Assembly: GCF_009914755.1 (NCBI RefSeq)
Contig: NC_060937.1
Strand: one strand, 5' to 3'
Length of the DNA: 64,000 nucleotides
Source: the human T2T-CHM13v2.0 reference genome, Homo sapiens
Shown: piece by piece, positions 1 through 12,710 of the stretch
Position numbering within the stretch: the stretch's first letter is position 1
Layout: each line of letters opens with the position of its first letter
Notes under the pieces: generated by a model
Told to the model about the DNA's origin: nothing
Databases searched by the model: none
Seen by the model: only the letters and a program-made list of their open reading frames with translations
Translations under genes and position numbers: made by a program

Positions 1-290
1 GGGCATCATGATGAATGGCCGTGGCAGTCACAATGGGTGGTGAGAAGAGAGGACTTCCGTGGACAGAGCGACAACGAAAGCTTGAGGTGATCCATGGATT
101 GTGGCTCGAGGTGGAACCAAAGGATGGTTGAGAGTCAGGGAAACAGGGGAAGGGAGCTGGAAAGATGGGAGGTGGTAGCCAGAGTGCAAGATTCACGCGT
201 CTGAATTCGAGGTGCAATGGTATTTGTTGGTAATGACAAAGCTGGATTGTTGACCTTGAAGGTGACTTTGTGTAGTAAGGTGAGAGACAG
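1..290 (-). mobile_element. L2 LINE internal fragment (ancient, endonuclease region)
   Basis: Purine-rich tract with 'gaggtggtagccagagtg' and 'ttggtaatgacaaagct', resembling the reverse complement of L2 ORF2 as I recall it; heavily diverged. Confidence 0.5.
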
Positions 291-398
291 GGCCAGTGGA
301 GTGTGAATATCATCCTAGACTCTTCTCATGGTGCAGTAAGGAGAGGGATAGGACCAGGGGAGAGTGTGTAAGTACCATCCTAGACTCTTCTCGTGGTG
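270..398. repeat. Diverged tandem duplication, offset 61-65 bp
   Basis: 'agtaagg' at 274 and 335; 'catcctagactcttctc' at 311 and 376. Confidence 0.75.
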
Positions 399-475
399 GG
401 GCCAGTCTCTCTCTCAGGTCTCTTGACCTTGTCCTCTGGACAATATAGCTGGTCTTCAGATTTTAATAGAATCTG

Positions 476-597
476 CTTGTAAAAAAGCATGGGCCTTTTT
501 TGCTCATAGAGGTCTTCTCTTCCTATTAATTTTTTCACTTGTAAAAAAGCATGGGCCCTTTTTGCTCATAGAAGTCTTCTCTTTCTATTAATTTTTT
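476..597. repeat. 62-bp tandem duplication (2 copies)
   Basis: 'cttgtaaaaaagcatgggcc...tgctcataga.gtcttctctt.ctattaatttttt' starts at 476 and again at 538. Confidence 0.95.
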
Positions 598-2178
598 AAT
601 GGTCATCTGTTTATTTTTTCTGTGACTTTTTCTGACCCTCTTTGGTATTTTATTTTTTTCCCCAGAAATTTGCCCTATCAATTGGTTTTAGAATGTATTG
701 TCATTGTTTCTAATACTCTTTTTTCTTTTAAAATCAGTTAAATCTGCAGTTATTTTTCCGTTTCCTTTCAATAGTTTTTAAATTTTCTTCGCCAGAGATT
801 GTTTTTCTTACTAACATTTCAGAGAAGCAGATTTTATTATTTATCAGGGTTTTTTCCTGAATTTTGCTGATTTTTTAAAAAACGTATTTTGTTCCCTTCC
901 ATTTCTTTGTGTTTACTCTTTTTTTCCCCTCACTTTCAGGGTTGCATGCTGAGTTCTTTTGCTTTTTTATTTTTCTTATTTTTAATTAGTATTGTCACAG
1001 TTACAAATTTCTTTCTGAAGTACAACTTTAGCAGTTTCCAACAAAGTTTAACGTGTAGTGCTTTCACTATTATTCAGTTCTAAGTATTTCCCATTTTTAA
1101 CACATTTAATATAGATTTGTTTCTTTCCTCCTATATGAAATTTTAAAATAATTCTTTTGCTTATGGTTTTATTGGATTGTGGTCAGATAATATTGTTCAG
1201 AGCTAGTTTGTGATTTAGAATTTACTGAGGTTTTCTTGATACTCTAACACAGAAGATGCTCATGACGGCTTCCTGTGTCTTCAACAAAGTGCATTTTCCA
1301 CTGATGGGGAACATGTGTGCCTATTGTCACCGTTATCCACTTTGTTGAATGTGTCATATTATCAGTAGTGTCCCCTCTGTGTTCTTTAGGACTATTTTGC
1401 TCTAAATCCTGTGTTGCCTGGTAACAAACTCACCATCTTAACTTTATTATTGGCTTGTATTTGGTAGCATATCTTTCTTAAATCCTTTATAAAAAAAAAG
1501 TCAGTACATATTGTTTTCAGTGTGTCTTTTCATGACAACTAACTGCTGGATTTGTTCATTTTCTTCATCAAGCAAATCTGAGATCTGTCCTTTGGGAAGT
1601 TTAGCTTCTTTGCAGTTACTGATATTTCTGATACCTCATATTGTGCTTTATTTACTAAACTTCATTTTATTTCTTTTTCTTTTCTTGTTATTTATAATTA
1701 GGTATATTTTCTTCTACTGCTTTAAAAAGCTATTTAATTTTAATTTTCTTAGACTTGTCTTTATTTTATAAAGACCTATAATTTAACTTTTCCTCCTAAT
1801 TTCCATCTTTCCTGGAAACAAGATACAATATTCACCTGCTTCTCATGGTCTCATATTCTGATATTCTGTCAGCCACGCCTCCGCCTCTGCTGCCGTCGGG
1901 CTCTGCACTCCAACGGGGCCTTGTCACTGGAGTTTGGGTTCTGGATTCCTGTGCTTCTCTTTGTTTTGTTGATGTGATTTTGGTTTTAGTCACTGCTTAC
2001 TGAGAATACAATCAAACGCGCCCGTTTATTTACTGAACCTTGCTTTCCATGTATCCCCGTGTGCTCCTCAGTTTGTATCTCCTCATAGGATGGCATCTCT
2101 CAAGTATCTTTTGGAAGAGGAATCTTGTGGTCAACATTCTGTGGTCCTTTGTACTAGGGAATTCCTTTCTGCCATCCT

Positions 2179-2289
2179 CGTGGTGCGCTCGGATCTCGGG
2201 CCCCGGCGTGGGCTCCGCGGCCGCCGCTCCCTTGGCGCTTTGGGTTCCTCCTCCCTTTGCTGCGGGAGTCTTCGCTTCGCAGGGCCCCG
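2179..2289. promoter_or_regulatory. CpG-dense micro-island (possible regulatory element)
   Basis: 15 CpGs counted in ~111 bp, including SacII (2215) and NotI (2217-2224) sites; function is inferred only. Confidence 0.35.
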
Positions 2290-2318
2290 GAGCACCTCAC
2301 AGTTTTCTTTGTGTCTGA

Positions 2319-2591
<273 letters not shown>

Positions 2592-2890
2592 AAATGCGGG
2601 TCTCCCCATCTCTTCTGCTTGGCACTCTACACTTTTCCATCCTAGGCCTTCCGACTTTCTTTAATACTGGAAGGCTCTCTGTCATTATTTAACAAAATAT
2701 ATCATCTGGTTTTTTTTTCTACTTAGTCACTCATATTAGGACTTTCAATACTTCAACTTCTTTCTTCCATTCCTCTTAACTTTCTTTTTAAATTTTTCCA
2801 TCCATTTATCACTAATGGAATTATTTGGAGACCTCCTCTCCTGATTTTTCCAGCTCACTTCTGCCTACTGTGACTACAGTCATTTTGCTA

Positions 2891-2972
2891 TTAGGGTGGT
2901 GTAAAAGTAATGGCAGTTTTTGCAATTAGAAGTAACGGCAAAAAAAACGCCATTACCTTTACACCAACTTAA
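2891..2972. mobile_element. MADE1 (Hsmar1-derived ~80-bp MITE)
   Basis: TTAGGGTGGTGTAAAAGTAATGGC...GCCATTACCTTTACACCAACTTAA inverted arms flanked by TA on both sides (2889-2890, 2973-2974). Confidence 0.93.
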
Positions 2973-3104
2973 TATTTAGCCCTTGTGTTTTTTGTCTAAG
3001 CAATTGTATTTTTCATAAAAAATATTTTCATTTCCTTTACCTGGTGACAGCCTGATCCTAGCTCATATTTCCCATATGTTCTGTTAGGGTCTCTTTGAGT
3101 TCCA

Positions 3105-3330
3105 GTCTGCGGGCCCTGTGCCTAGACTTCCTGGTCCTAACTGAAATTCTGTCTCTTATTAGCTGTGTAAGTTTTAGAAAGATTCTTAGCTCCTCCTTGC
3201 TTGAGTTTATTCATCTGCGAAACAGAAATAAGTGCCTATGTCATAGAGCTACTGAAAAGAGCAAAAGAAACAAAGTAGGTAAGTTGCTTAGAACAGTGCT
3301 TGAAACATAATAAATACTAGCAATTATTGT
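3105..3330 (+). mobile_element. MIR SINE
   Basis: 'ttattagctgtgtaagtttt...gagtttattcatctgcgaaacag...gcttagaacagtgcttgaaacataataaatact' matches the MIR core and 3' end. Confidence 0.75.
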
Positions 3331-4130
3331 TCATTTAAATTGATTTCTGTATTTTCCAGTAATTATACTCCCCCTGCTAAAAGTTTCTCAGCATGTGGTC
3401 TTTCTTTTATGGGGTGGTACTGGATAGATGGCTTGTGGCTGTTCTTTTCTGTGAGCACATATTCAATGAGAGCTCAAAGAGCTCTGATTCCCTAGAAAAT
3501 AGTCACAGCTTTCTGTTTAGATTTCCATCAACTTTCTTACTTTTTTGCTATGGCCTGGGATAAATTCAGAGACAAAACCACCAGAGTCCAAAGTTAGTCA
3601 CCCATCTTATCCTCTGAGGAGTCTATTGATGCTTTATTTTCCTGTTTAAATTATTGATAGGAGTAACAGGAAAGAGAAAATGTGGAATTCTAGCATGATG
3701 GCACTCAAAGATGATGAGGGATAAGATATTGCAGTGTTGGACCTGTGAAGAAACATCCTCCTCCTCCCACCAAACATATATACTGGCACCTTGAGCATCT
3801 GAGTAAAAGTATTCAGGAATGAGGGTGGCAGACGAAAAACAAGTGGAGAGGAAGGGGAAGTCTCATCTTAGGAGCAGACATGACCCTAGTCCATCATATT
3901 GAAGAAAGATGGCTGGGAAATGAAGAAAAAAAACCTCACTTGCACCTGCTTCTTACCTGACTGCTCCTCTCACCCACGGTGCTCCACATAAGCAAAACGC
4001 AAACATGCACAGCTGCGCCAGAAACAACAGAACTGGAGACGTGTCTGTCATGTTCCATAGGGTGATGGTACTTCACAGTTGGAGCCAGATACTCTCAGTC
4101 ATGCCTATTGTTTCCATGGAATTTTGTGGG

Positions 4131-4418
4131 TTTTTCTGTTTTTTTTTTGAGACAGGGTCTCACTCCATCACCCAGTCTGGAGTGCAGTCTCGGCTCACTG
4201 CAACCTCCACCTTCCGGGTTCAAGTGATTCTCATGCCTCAGCCTCCCGAGTACCTGGGATTATAGGTGCACACCACCACTTCCAACTACTTTTTGTATTT
4301 TTTGTAGAGATGGGGTTTAGCCAAGTTGGCCAGGCTGGTCTGGAACACCTGGCATCAAGTGATCCACCTGTCTTGGCCTTCCGAAGTGCTGGGATTACAG
4401 GTTGAGCCACTGTGCCTG
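4131..4418 (-). mobile_element. Alu (AluJ/old S)
   Basis: Antisense dimeric Alu from 'ttttgagacagggtctcactc' to 'gattacaggttgagccactgtgcctg'. Confidence 0.95.
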
Positions 4419-4571
4419 TTTCTGTGTAATTATTAATGACACCTCTTTCACTCCCAAGAATGGGTCCTTATTTGCATGATAAATTATATCATTATATCTG
4501 TATCATATATCTGTACACTTTATAAACCTTTTAAAATGCCACTAGAAATGTAGCATTTGAAGATGAAGCAA

Positions 4572-5083
4572 TGCATTGGTTTTGTGTTGCTGCTGTCACA
4601 AATGACCACAAACTTAGTGGCTTAAAACAACAAAAATGTATTATCTTGCAGTTGTGAAGGTTGGAAGTCCAAAATAAGGTTCAGCATGTTAAGATGGAGC
4701 TGCCTGCAGAGCCTCATTCCTCCTGGAGACCCAGGGGAGAATCGTTCCCTTGCCTTTTCCAGCTTCCAGAGGCACCTGCGTTGTGAGGCTGGAGGTGCGT
4801 TCCCCCTTTTCAAAGCCTGCAAAGGTGAGACAAGTGTTCTGATTTTGGAGGACATGTTTATGTGGAGTCTCCTACCTCTCCTCTTCATTTCTGAGAACCT
4901 TGTGATTACCTTCGGTTTGTCCAGATAACGCAGGATCATGTCCCTATTTTAAATTCTTGACTATTCACATTTGCATGGTCTCTTTTGTCATGTAAGGTGA
5001 CAGAGTCCCAGGTTCTGGGGATTCGGGCTTGTACAATTGGCGGGGGGTTGCGGGGGGCGGGGGTCAGATTTCTGCCTACCACA
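4572..5083 (-). mobile_element. MLT1 (MLT1D-like) MaLR solo LTR
   Basis: 'gctgctgtcacaaatgaccacaaacttagtggcttaaaacaac...gaagtccaaaat' through to terminal 'tctgcctaccaca' (reverse of TGTGGTAGGCAGA). Confidence 0.85.
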
Positions 5084-6147
5084 GGTGATTACAGAGGCTG
5101 TGACGGTCAGGTCTGACTTGGAAGTGGCAGCTTCCTCTTCCAAGGAGATGAACTCAGTGATGTTTGATGGAGCAGGACACTGCAGGGTCCTTCAGCTCAG
5201 ACCCGTGGGGACATTGGAGTGAGCATGTCCTTTCAGAGTTCTAAAGAAATAACACAACAGCAACAACCAACACCTCACAGCCTTGTGTGGAGTACTAACA
5301 GAATGATCAGCATAAGTGTGGGGGTTAGGGAAGAAAATCGATAGCATGGCACAGGCAGCCCGAGTCCCTGGCACCCTCCATGCCGGAGGAATGAGCACTC
5401 ACCACAGCACCAGGAAAGGTGACCAGGAATACTCAGGGCTCATTACACTCAAGAAGGACGCAGCAAGCAGCACCAAGAAGAAGTCATTGTTTTATACCTC
5501 CAAGTGCTTTATGCCCCAGGCCAGCTCAGAACTCCTCTGTTCTTCCCCTTTTCTTGTGCTTCAGCCTGCATCTCAGCTAGTGGGAAACTTGTCCAGGGGG
5601 ACACCCAGACCCCATCCTCCGCTGAGCCCTGAGTCCTCAGCCACCAGCCTCAGGGGCATTTTAGAAGGCCTCAGCTTGGGGACTGCAAAGGGGGTTGCTG
5701 GATTTCTTAAGGCGTTAGAACTAAAAGGGATGTTGGAATGACTAGGGTGATACTGTCAGGATAGAATTAGACCTGTCTTCAAAGCCTCGTGTGGCATCCC
5801 GGAAAGAGGGTCCTGGCAGTCACATAGGGGCATCTTTAAAGCTGCCACCAACCCCTTGCTGGTGCTCTCCTGGCCTTTTCTTAGAGACTTCACAGAGTTC
5901 TCTGAGTTTTTGCTTCTTGTCAAAACAGTCTCAAGCGTCCTCTCCCAACAGGTGTCTGTGGTAATGCATCTGGTTCTCTCACCTTCTGTCATTTGGTCTG
6001 GAAATCACCACAACAAAATTTTTATTTGCTTTATGTAGTATAAATTGTTTACATATATGTAAATTATATGTATGTATTTATGTGTATATGTAATATCAAG
6101 TATGTGTACTATCAAGTATCTATGCACAACATAATTAGATACAAAAA

Positions 6148-6148
<1 letters not shown>

Positions 6149-6183
<35 letters not shown>
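6149..6183. repeat. (CA)17 microsatellite
   Basis: Uninterrupted CA run. Confidence 0.98.
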
Positions 6184-6185
<2 letters not shown>

Positions 6186-8089
6186 ATTGTCTTTTCTGGG
6201 AGAAGCACACGGCTGCTGAAATGGTAGATAAAACAGGTGCACAAGGATGACCCATAGTGTAACAAATGTGCATATTCACTTTAAGAACCTAGTTAGGATG
6301 TTAGCTTGTGTCCATGTGAAATGATAAAAGATGGCATGCAATGGTATGATTCATTGTGGCACTAACTATTAATACCCACTGCCAAGATTGTCAGTTTGTA
6401 TGTCCCCTTCCTGTGCCCTCTGTAAACGCACTCCAGTCCAGCATTTTACCCCTTCTATCTCCTGGCCAGAAATCCTTAAATGGCAAATAACTACCATTTG
6501 ATGGTAGGAGCATAATCTCCTACCTTACTCACAAAAGGACCAGAGTGGACACCTTGCCCCGTATCTGCAGTTGCAGTGTAGCATGGAGTTAAAGCTAGAC
6601 TACAGGACCATCTGTCACACCCCCACAGACACATAGAGAATCCGAGACCAGGGTCACCGCAACGTAGTGCCAGATGCTGGATACGAAGCCAAGTCTGGAC
6701 GTTTGCCTACTACTTCTTCCTACCACTACCTTACATTCCAGGTTTATGCTTGGAGGAATGAAATTAATCCACCTTAATTTAATTGCTTAACTTAGTTATT
6801 CACTGTCTATTCCACCAGACAACCTCTTTCTGTAGGGAAAATCAATGCAATGCCTTGACTGTCCTGAGCTCTACTTCATGTCAGCAAGGCAGGAATCATC
6901 CTTGGGTGCTGTGTGTGCAAACGTGTCTGGCTGGAACACCATGGGCTGGAGTGTGAGTGAAAAACCAGTCCCACCCACACTGTGTCTACCTTTCACCCTT
7001 TGCTACTGAGCCACGTCACTTTTCCCCTGGCACAGGGTCATCTCTGTTCTCCCACTGTCAATCATCTCAACTTGACTCAAACATCCATCTTTCTGTTAGA
7101 AACTTTCCACCCTGCGTCCATGGGATTTCAAAGTTGTTGCATTGGCTGTCAGTTTATTGACTAAATCTGCAATGATGAAAGAATCCCCAAGAGAACTCCT
7201 GCAGAAAGATATGGTGCCCCTAAAACCAATTTGCACTGCCCCTCATTTTAGTCCCCCAAACATTTCACCTAAACGTTTCAAACTTCTGTTGTTGGAATGA
7301 GACAAAGGGGGCCTTTGACTTAATTACACTCTTTAAAAGCATCTTCACTCATCTCTGCCAAGGATTATCTTCCCTGTGTGAAAGTGGACCCACCTTGCAC
7401 AGAAATACACCAAGTTGTAATGACCACAATTACAGGCAGTCGGAACAGCAGCACACCAACACCAGAGCTAAAAGCATATCTGATTTTCAAATGGTGCTGG
7501 AGTTGCTTGCTACAACCCATACTCTATCTTGCCTGGCAGGACTAGAGGAAAAAAGCAAATGTTCCTCATATTTGAAAATTCAATGACATTTTATTTCCAT
7601 GTTACATTTGCATTTTTCAAATCTACGTTTTCTTTTTAATCAGGGTCATGAATTATACCTTCCCTGATTATATTTATACCCACTTCGGTTTTCCCTTTTC
7701 CTTCTTTTTTCCCTCTCTTCCTGCCTTTCTTCCTGCTGTCCTGCCTTCTTCGCTGCATTTTTTCAGGTACATCTTCTTCATGTATTTTTAAATTTAGTGA
7801 CATATGGTTGGCTTTTGCATTTTTGGATATCTAGTCTGAGAGTGTTATCTTTTAATATTTTAAGCCACTCCCAATGAATTTTTTTAAAAAAGGACTAACA
7901 CCAATGTGTCAAACATTTTGTTTTCTGTTTCCTTTCTTATACTCTTCTTTCTTCCTGTTCATTCCTGACTTTCTTTGTGCTGTTCACCATTTTTCTAACA
8001 CCTGCACCTTGCAGGCATAGTCGAATTCTTTCCCTTCCACAAATGTGGCCCAGTCCTTCCAGCTGCCTGTCTGGCACATACCTCATCTG

Positions 8090-8345
8090 TCTATTGTCAC
8101 TGCCTTCACTTGGCTAGTTCTTATTCATCCTTGATTCTCACGTTGAATGATTTTGCCCTGAGAGACCCTTCCTCAGCCCTCTGCTCCCATGACATCCCTG
8201 ACTTCCTTATCTTAGAGGACTATGCACTGTGTCAATTTTCTGGGTATAAGGATAAGCTCCATGAAGTCAGGAATGATCTCATACACAAGTGCTTAGCATG
8301 GTTCCTAGGATAAAGTAGACATAATAAAAATTCATGGAATAGTTC
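8090..8345 (+). mobile_element. L2 3' fragment
   Basis: 'gagagacccttcctcagccc', 'ataagctccatgaagtcagg', 'gtgcttagcatggttcct...aataaaaattc' resemble the L2 3' end. Confidence 0.55.
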
Positions 8346-8569
8346 CATGAGTAGTTGATTACTTAGAGAGTCTAATTAGCCCACAGACTGTTGAAGACTG
8401 TAGGAATGGCTGGCAGCCTTTGCTGAAGGAACTTGATCTTTGTTGAGCTTCAGCTTCCTTTGTGCCTGAAATCAGCTCTCAATTTTCACATCCATCTCAC
8501 GCTGGCCTCTACGGAGTGAGTGTAATCCAGCAAAGTGGCACCACATCAGTCAGTGGATCATTTTTGCAA

Positions 8570-8725
8570 CTTGTGGGTCAGGGTATGAGCTCTGTCAGTG
8601 ACTCTGAGCCCTGTGCCTCCTGGCTCTAAGTCTGGTAGTCTGCGCTTACTCTCTGTTTCCCGATTTCTCATCCACCAGGTGGAAAGGAACAATGATCCCC
8701 TTGACTGGCTTCTCTGAAATGTTAG
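8570..8725 (+). mobile_element. MIR fragment
   Basis: 'cttactctctgtttcccgatttctcatccacc...' resembles a diverged MIR core. Confidence 0.4.
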
Positions 8726-9499
8726 GAAAACTGTAGGTTTATTTTCCACCAGGACCAGGTTAGACCATCAGAAGACTCTATACCTGGATCACATTGCTTC
8801 GCCTTTTCACAGAACTGCATTGAAGGACATTTTAAGAACCATCCTCCTGAAATGTATTAAAGTTATTTAATATGGAAGTCCCCATGATTTCACATGTTCA
8901 GTATTTGAGGACCCATGGGAAAAACCCCACTTGTATGTAAGTATTAGAAGAAGACGTGCTCTTCCTGCCTGGCTGCTCGTTTGCTGTCTGTTTAATCTTA
9001 TCATACTGGAAATCATGTATCCATCTTTGACTTGATTGCCAGAAAGACCTGGAGAAAAAGGTGTTGCCTGCCCCTCCACCTGTTTGGCCACAGGGGTCAT
9101 CCTGGGTCCTGCCTGACTTGTTATATTTTCTTCTTGCCCAGATCGCCTTACCTATTGATTTTATCTTTTTTGTCTTATAAGTATTTTGTAAACCTTCCTT
9201 TTTTAAAATAGATGAAATAGTTTTTCTACCCCAGGGACTGACAGCAAAAAAAAAAAAAAAAAGCAAAAGATAAATTTTTGAAGCCTAGATTTTCACTGCT
9301 GTTCCCAATCATCACAGTCAATAAGGAGCTGATAAAAATTTTCCTTGAAGTCTTGATACTCAAAAAACCTATTACCATTATGATTATAATCTTTTACTTA
9401 ATGGAACGGAGAACGTTTCTTCCTTTCTTTCATTTTCTATTTCTCTATTTTCCATGAATTTATTTATATGTGATATAAATGCTTCTGTTTTAATATCAA

Positions 9500-9778
9500 T
9501 TTTTTTGAGACGGGGTCTGGCTCTGTCACTAAGGCTGAAGTGCAGTGGTGCAATTACAGCTCACTGCGACCTCGACCTCCTGATCCTCCTGCCAGCCTCC
9601 TGAGTAGCTGGGATCACAGGCATGTGCCACTGTACCCAGCTAATTTTGTTTTTAATTTTTAGAGATGAGGTCTCTTTATGCTATCTAGGCTGGTCTCAAA
9701 CTCCTGGGCTAAAGTCATGCTCCCACCTCAGCTCCCCAAAGCACTGGGATTACAGGCATGAGCCACTGTGCTCGGCCC
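9500..9778 (-). mobile_element. AluJ
   Basis: Antisense Alu with J-type 'acagctcactgc..cctcgacctcctg' and 'aactcctgggct'; TSD TAATATCAATTTT at 9491 and 9779. Confidence 0.95.
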
Positions 9779-9795
9779 TAATATCAATTTTATAG

Positions 9796-10127
<332 letters not shown>

Positions 10128-10359
10128 TGATATTCATAAAGCCCAGGACTAGAGAGAAAATGTGAGCTCTGCTGCCTCTCATATGCAGGAAGCATGGACG
10201 TTCTGAGGACAGGTACAGTGCACTCATGGCCTGGTTACCTCTCACCAGTTCCCCTCTTCCTAACTGTGCTCTCTTTCTTCCTTCATTTTTTATAAACCCG
10301 TAATGCTTGTAAAGAATGTTCACATCTCTTTTAACAAACACTAAAATCCCCCGAGGGAG

Positions 10360-10470
10360 TTATTGCCTTCATCCTCAATTTTTCACACAAGAAAACTGAA
10401 ACTCTGATGGGAGTCTAAGGGTGGATGCTGTGTCATTTGCCCAAAGTTGTGCAGCTGGCAAGGGGGCGAC
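10360..10470 (-). mobile_element. MIR fragment
   Basis: 'caatttttcacacaagaaaactgaaactctg...catttgcccaaagttgtgcagctgg' is the antisense MIR core. Confidence 0.65.
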
Positions 10471-10554
10471 TCAGCATCTTCATGGAGAGCATCCTCTCTG
10501 GGGCTGGCTGGAGGCGGGTTCAGATGGCAGCTTCTGCATGTTCCCTGTGTACCA

Positions 10555-10695
10555 TTCTACTTAGCATCTCTGCCTTAATTTCCATAACAGCAAATGTGGA
10601 TAACAAGTGAACCTGCTTAAAGGCCGTTGTGAAGTTAAGTGAGACAACAAATGCAAAAGTATCCAAAACATAATAAGTTCTCAACAGATGTTTGT
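10555..10695 (+). mobile_element. MIR fragment
   Basis: 'catctctgccttaatttcc...gttgtgaagttaagtgagacaac...ataagttctcaacagatgttt'. Confidence 0.6.
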
Positions 10696-11333
10696 CAAAA
10701 AGATAAATGATAAAACACTGGGTCTGAATGTAGCCCTTTTGACTCCAGATCCAGTATCCCTTTTAATTAAACTACCATCTCTGTTGGCAGGTGGTTGAGA
10801 GATTTGTGAGCCACGTGGAGAAGACCTGAAGCTGTGAACTGGATACCATGGCAGCTGATGTCAGGACAGGCCGTCGATAGATGACCAAACCCTGCATCCA
10901 AAGTGAGCTTTCCTGTCGGTGTTTTGACTTCTCGTGTGAACAATGACTGAGGTGGTTCATTCCTGCAGAGAAGCCCCTTCCTTCTCACCACGCACCATCT
11001 GGGAGGCTGGACTGCAAAGGTGAAATGGACAATCAGCCCACTGGAAAAGTGACTGCTGGGCTGTAGGAAAGGGCAGGGCTCATGGCCTTGCTGTCCAAAC
11101 ACCACTCACAAGTCCAGCAAAGGAAGGGTTGAATGAATTTTCAAAGCACTTTGAACTTTCAGGGGAGAATAAAATAGAATGGAAAAGAGTAGAATAAAAT
11201 AACCCAGACCAACCCACTCAAGTCCAAGGTAACCCCAAAGAAAGACTTACTAATTGTGATCTCAGCAATCACTGAGATACTAGGTGAGCCTCTTCCATCA
11301 TTGCTAGTGTCTCACTGGAGTACTACATCTTAG

Positions 11334-11684
<351 letters not shown>

Positions 11685-12710
11685 TAAGCTGCGTCTGCAC
11701 TGAGAGGAAAAGCATTCACCCATCAGTGATAGTTACTTTGAGCCCAGGAGAGGGGGAAATGTCCGAATATGAGCAATCCTTGTCCTGGAGATGAAGTCTC
11801 CCCTCACCATCCCATCTATGGAGTTATCTGTGGAACTGGATAGAGAACTATATTCTTCCTATCCATTAAATTACAGAACATATTACAAAGGAAAATCGGG
11901 TATCCACAAGACAACATTGTATTTTGGGGTGGTATGATACTACCATGGCTCTTCTGGTAATTGAAGGATATAAGCTATGCAAAATGATTCTCACTGCGAA
12001 TAAAACATTTGCTTCAGGAGCTTCTAAAGGTGAGGGCAATACAATTTGTGTTTGTTTAAAACATAATGTCATCCATAACTAATGGCATAGCTCTGGCTCA
12101 GTAAAGCTTGAAACTATTGTATATATTTGAAGCTGGATTTCTGAATCCTGAGATGAGAAATAAATTTACCCTTAAGCTTTTATTTTATTTTTTCATGGTA
12201 AAGGTTATTTCAGTGACTGAACATTTGGTTCCTTTTCAGTATGTTTTCTAGTGTTATTTACCATCAAGTTATAAGAGCAAGAAAATTGCTGAAACCAGCT
12301 TTCAAATGGTGGGCCTGAAAACCAGGAGTATTAACTTAGGTTACCAAGAGTTCTTTTAATGCTGTTTCTCCATACTATAATTTAACCTCTTGACACAGTC
12401 TTTAGAAAGATTGTCTTTTAAAAAGTCAGTTAAAAGGGTTTTTATCCATCTGGATATACATTTTTAAAAAATTTAAAAAAAAATAATCTATTACGACATC
12501 ATTGAAATCTACTCAAAAATTATACATCTAAATGCATGCAAGACAGCAATACAGAATGACTCTTAGATGATCATATCCCAGTGGAAATGATGCTTAACCC
12601 ATGTGCAGGGAACTGTGACAGGGATCATACAAGGGGAATTTTAAAAATTCATTTAGTCAGTCAACCTTGAAAACTTTTTATTTTTTGTTTGGCTACATCC
12701 AGCATGTAAG

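Noticed and set aside
2891-2972. Naming the MADE1 hairpin as a specific MIR548 gene
   Set aside because: I cannot match it to a specific annotated mature miR-548 from memory, and most MADE1 copies are not miRNA genes
5316-5741. 141-aa ORF in apparently unique sequence
   Set aside because: Non-ATG start and no recognisable family or motif; the length is compatible with chance in a locally GC-richer stretch
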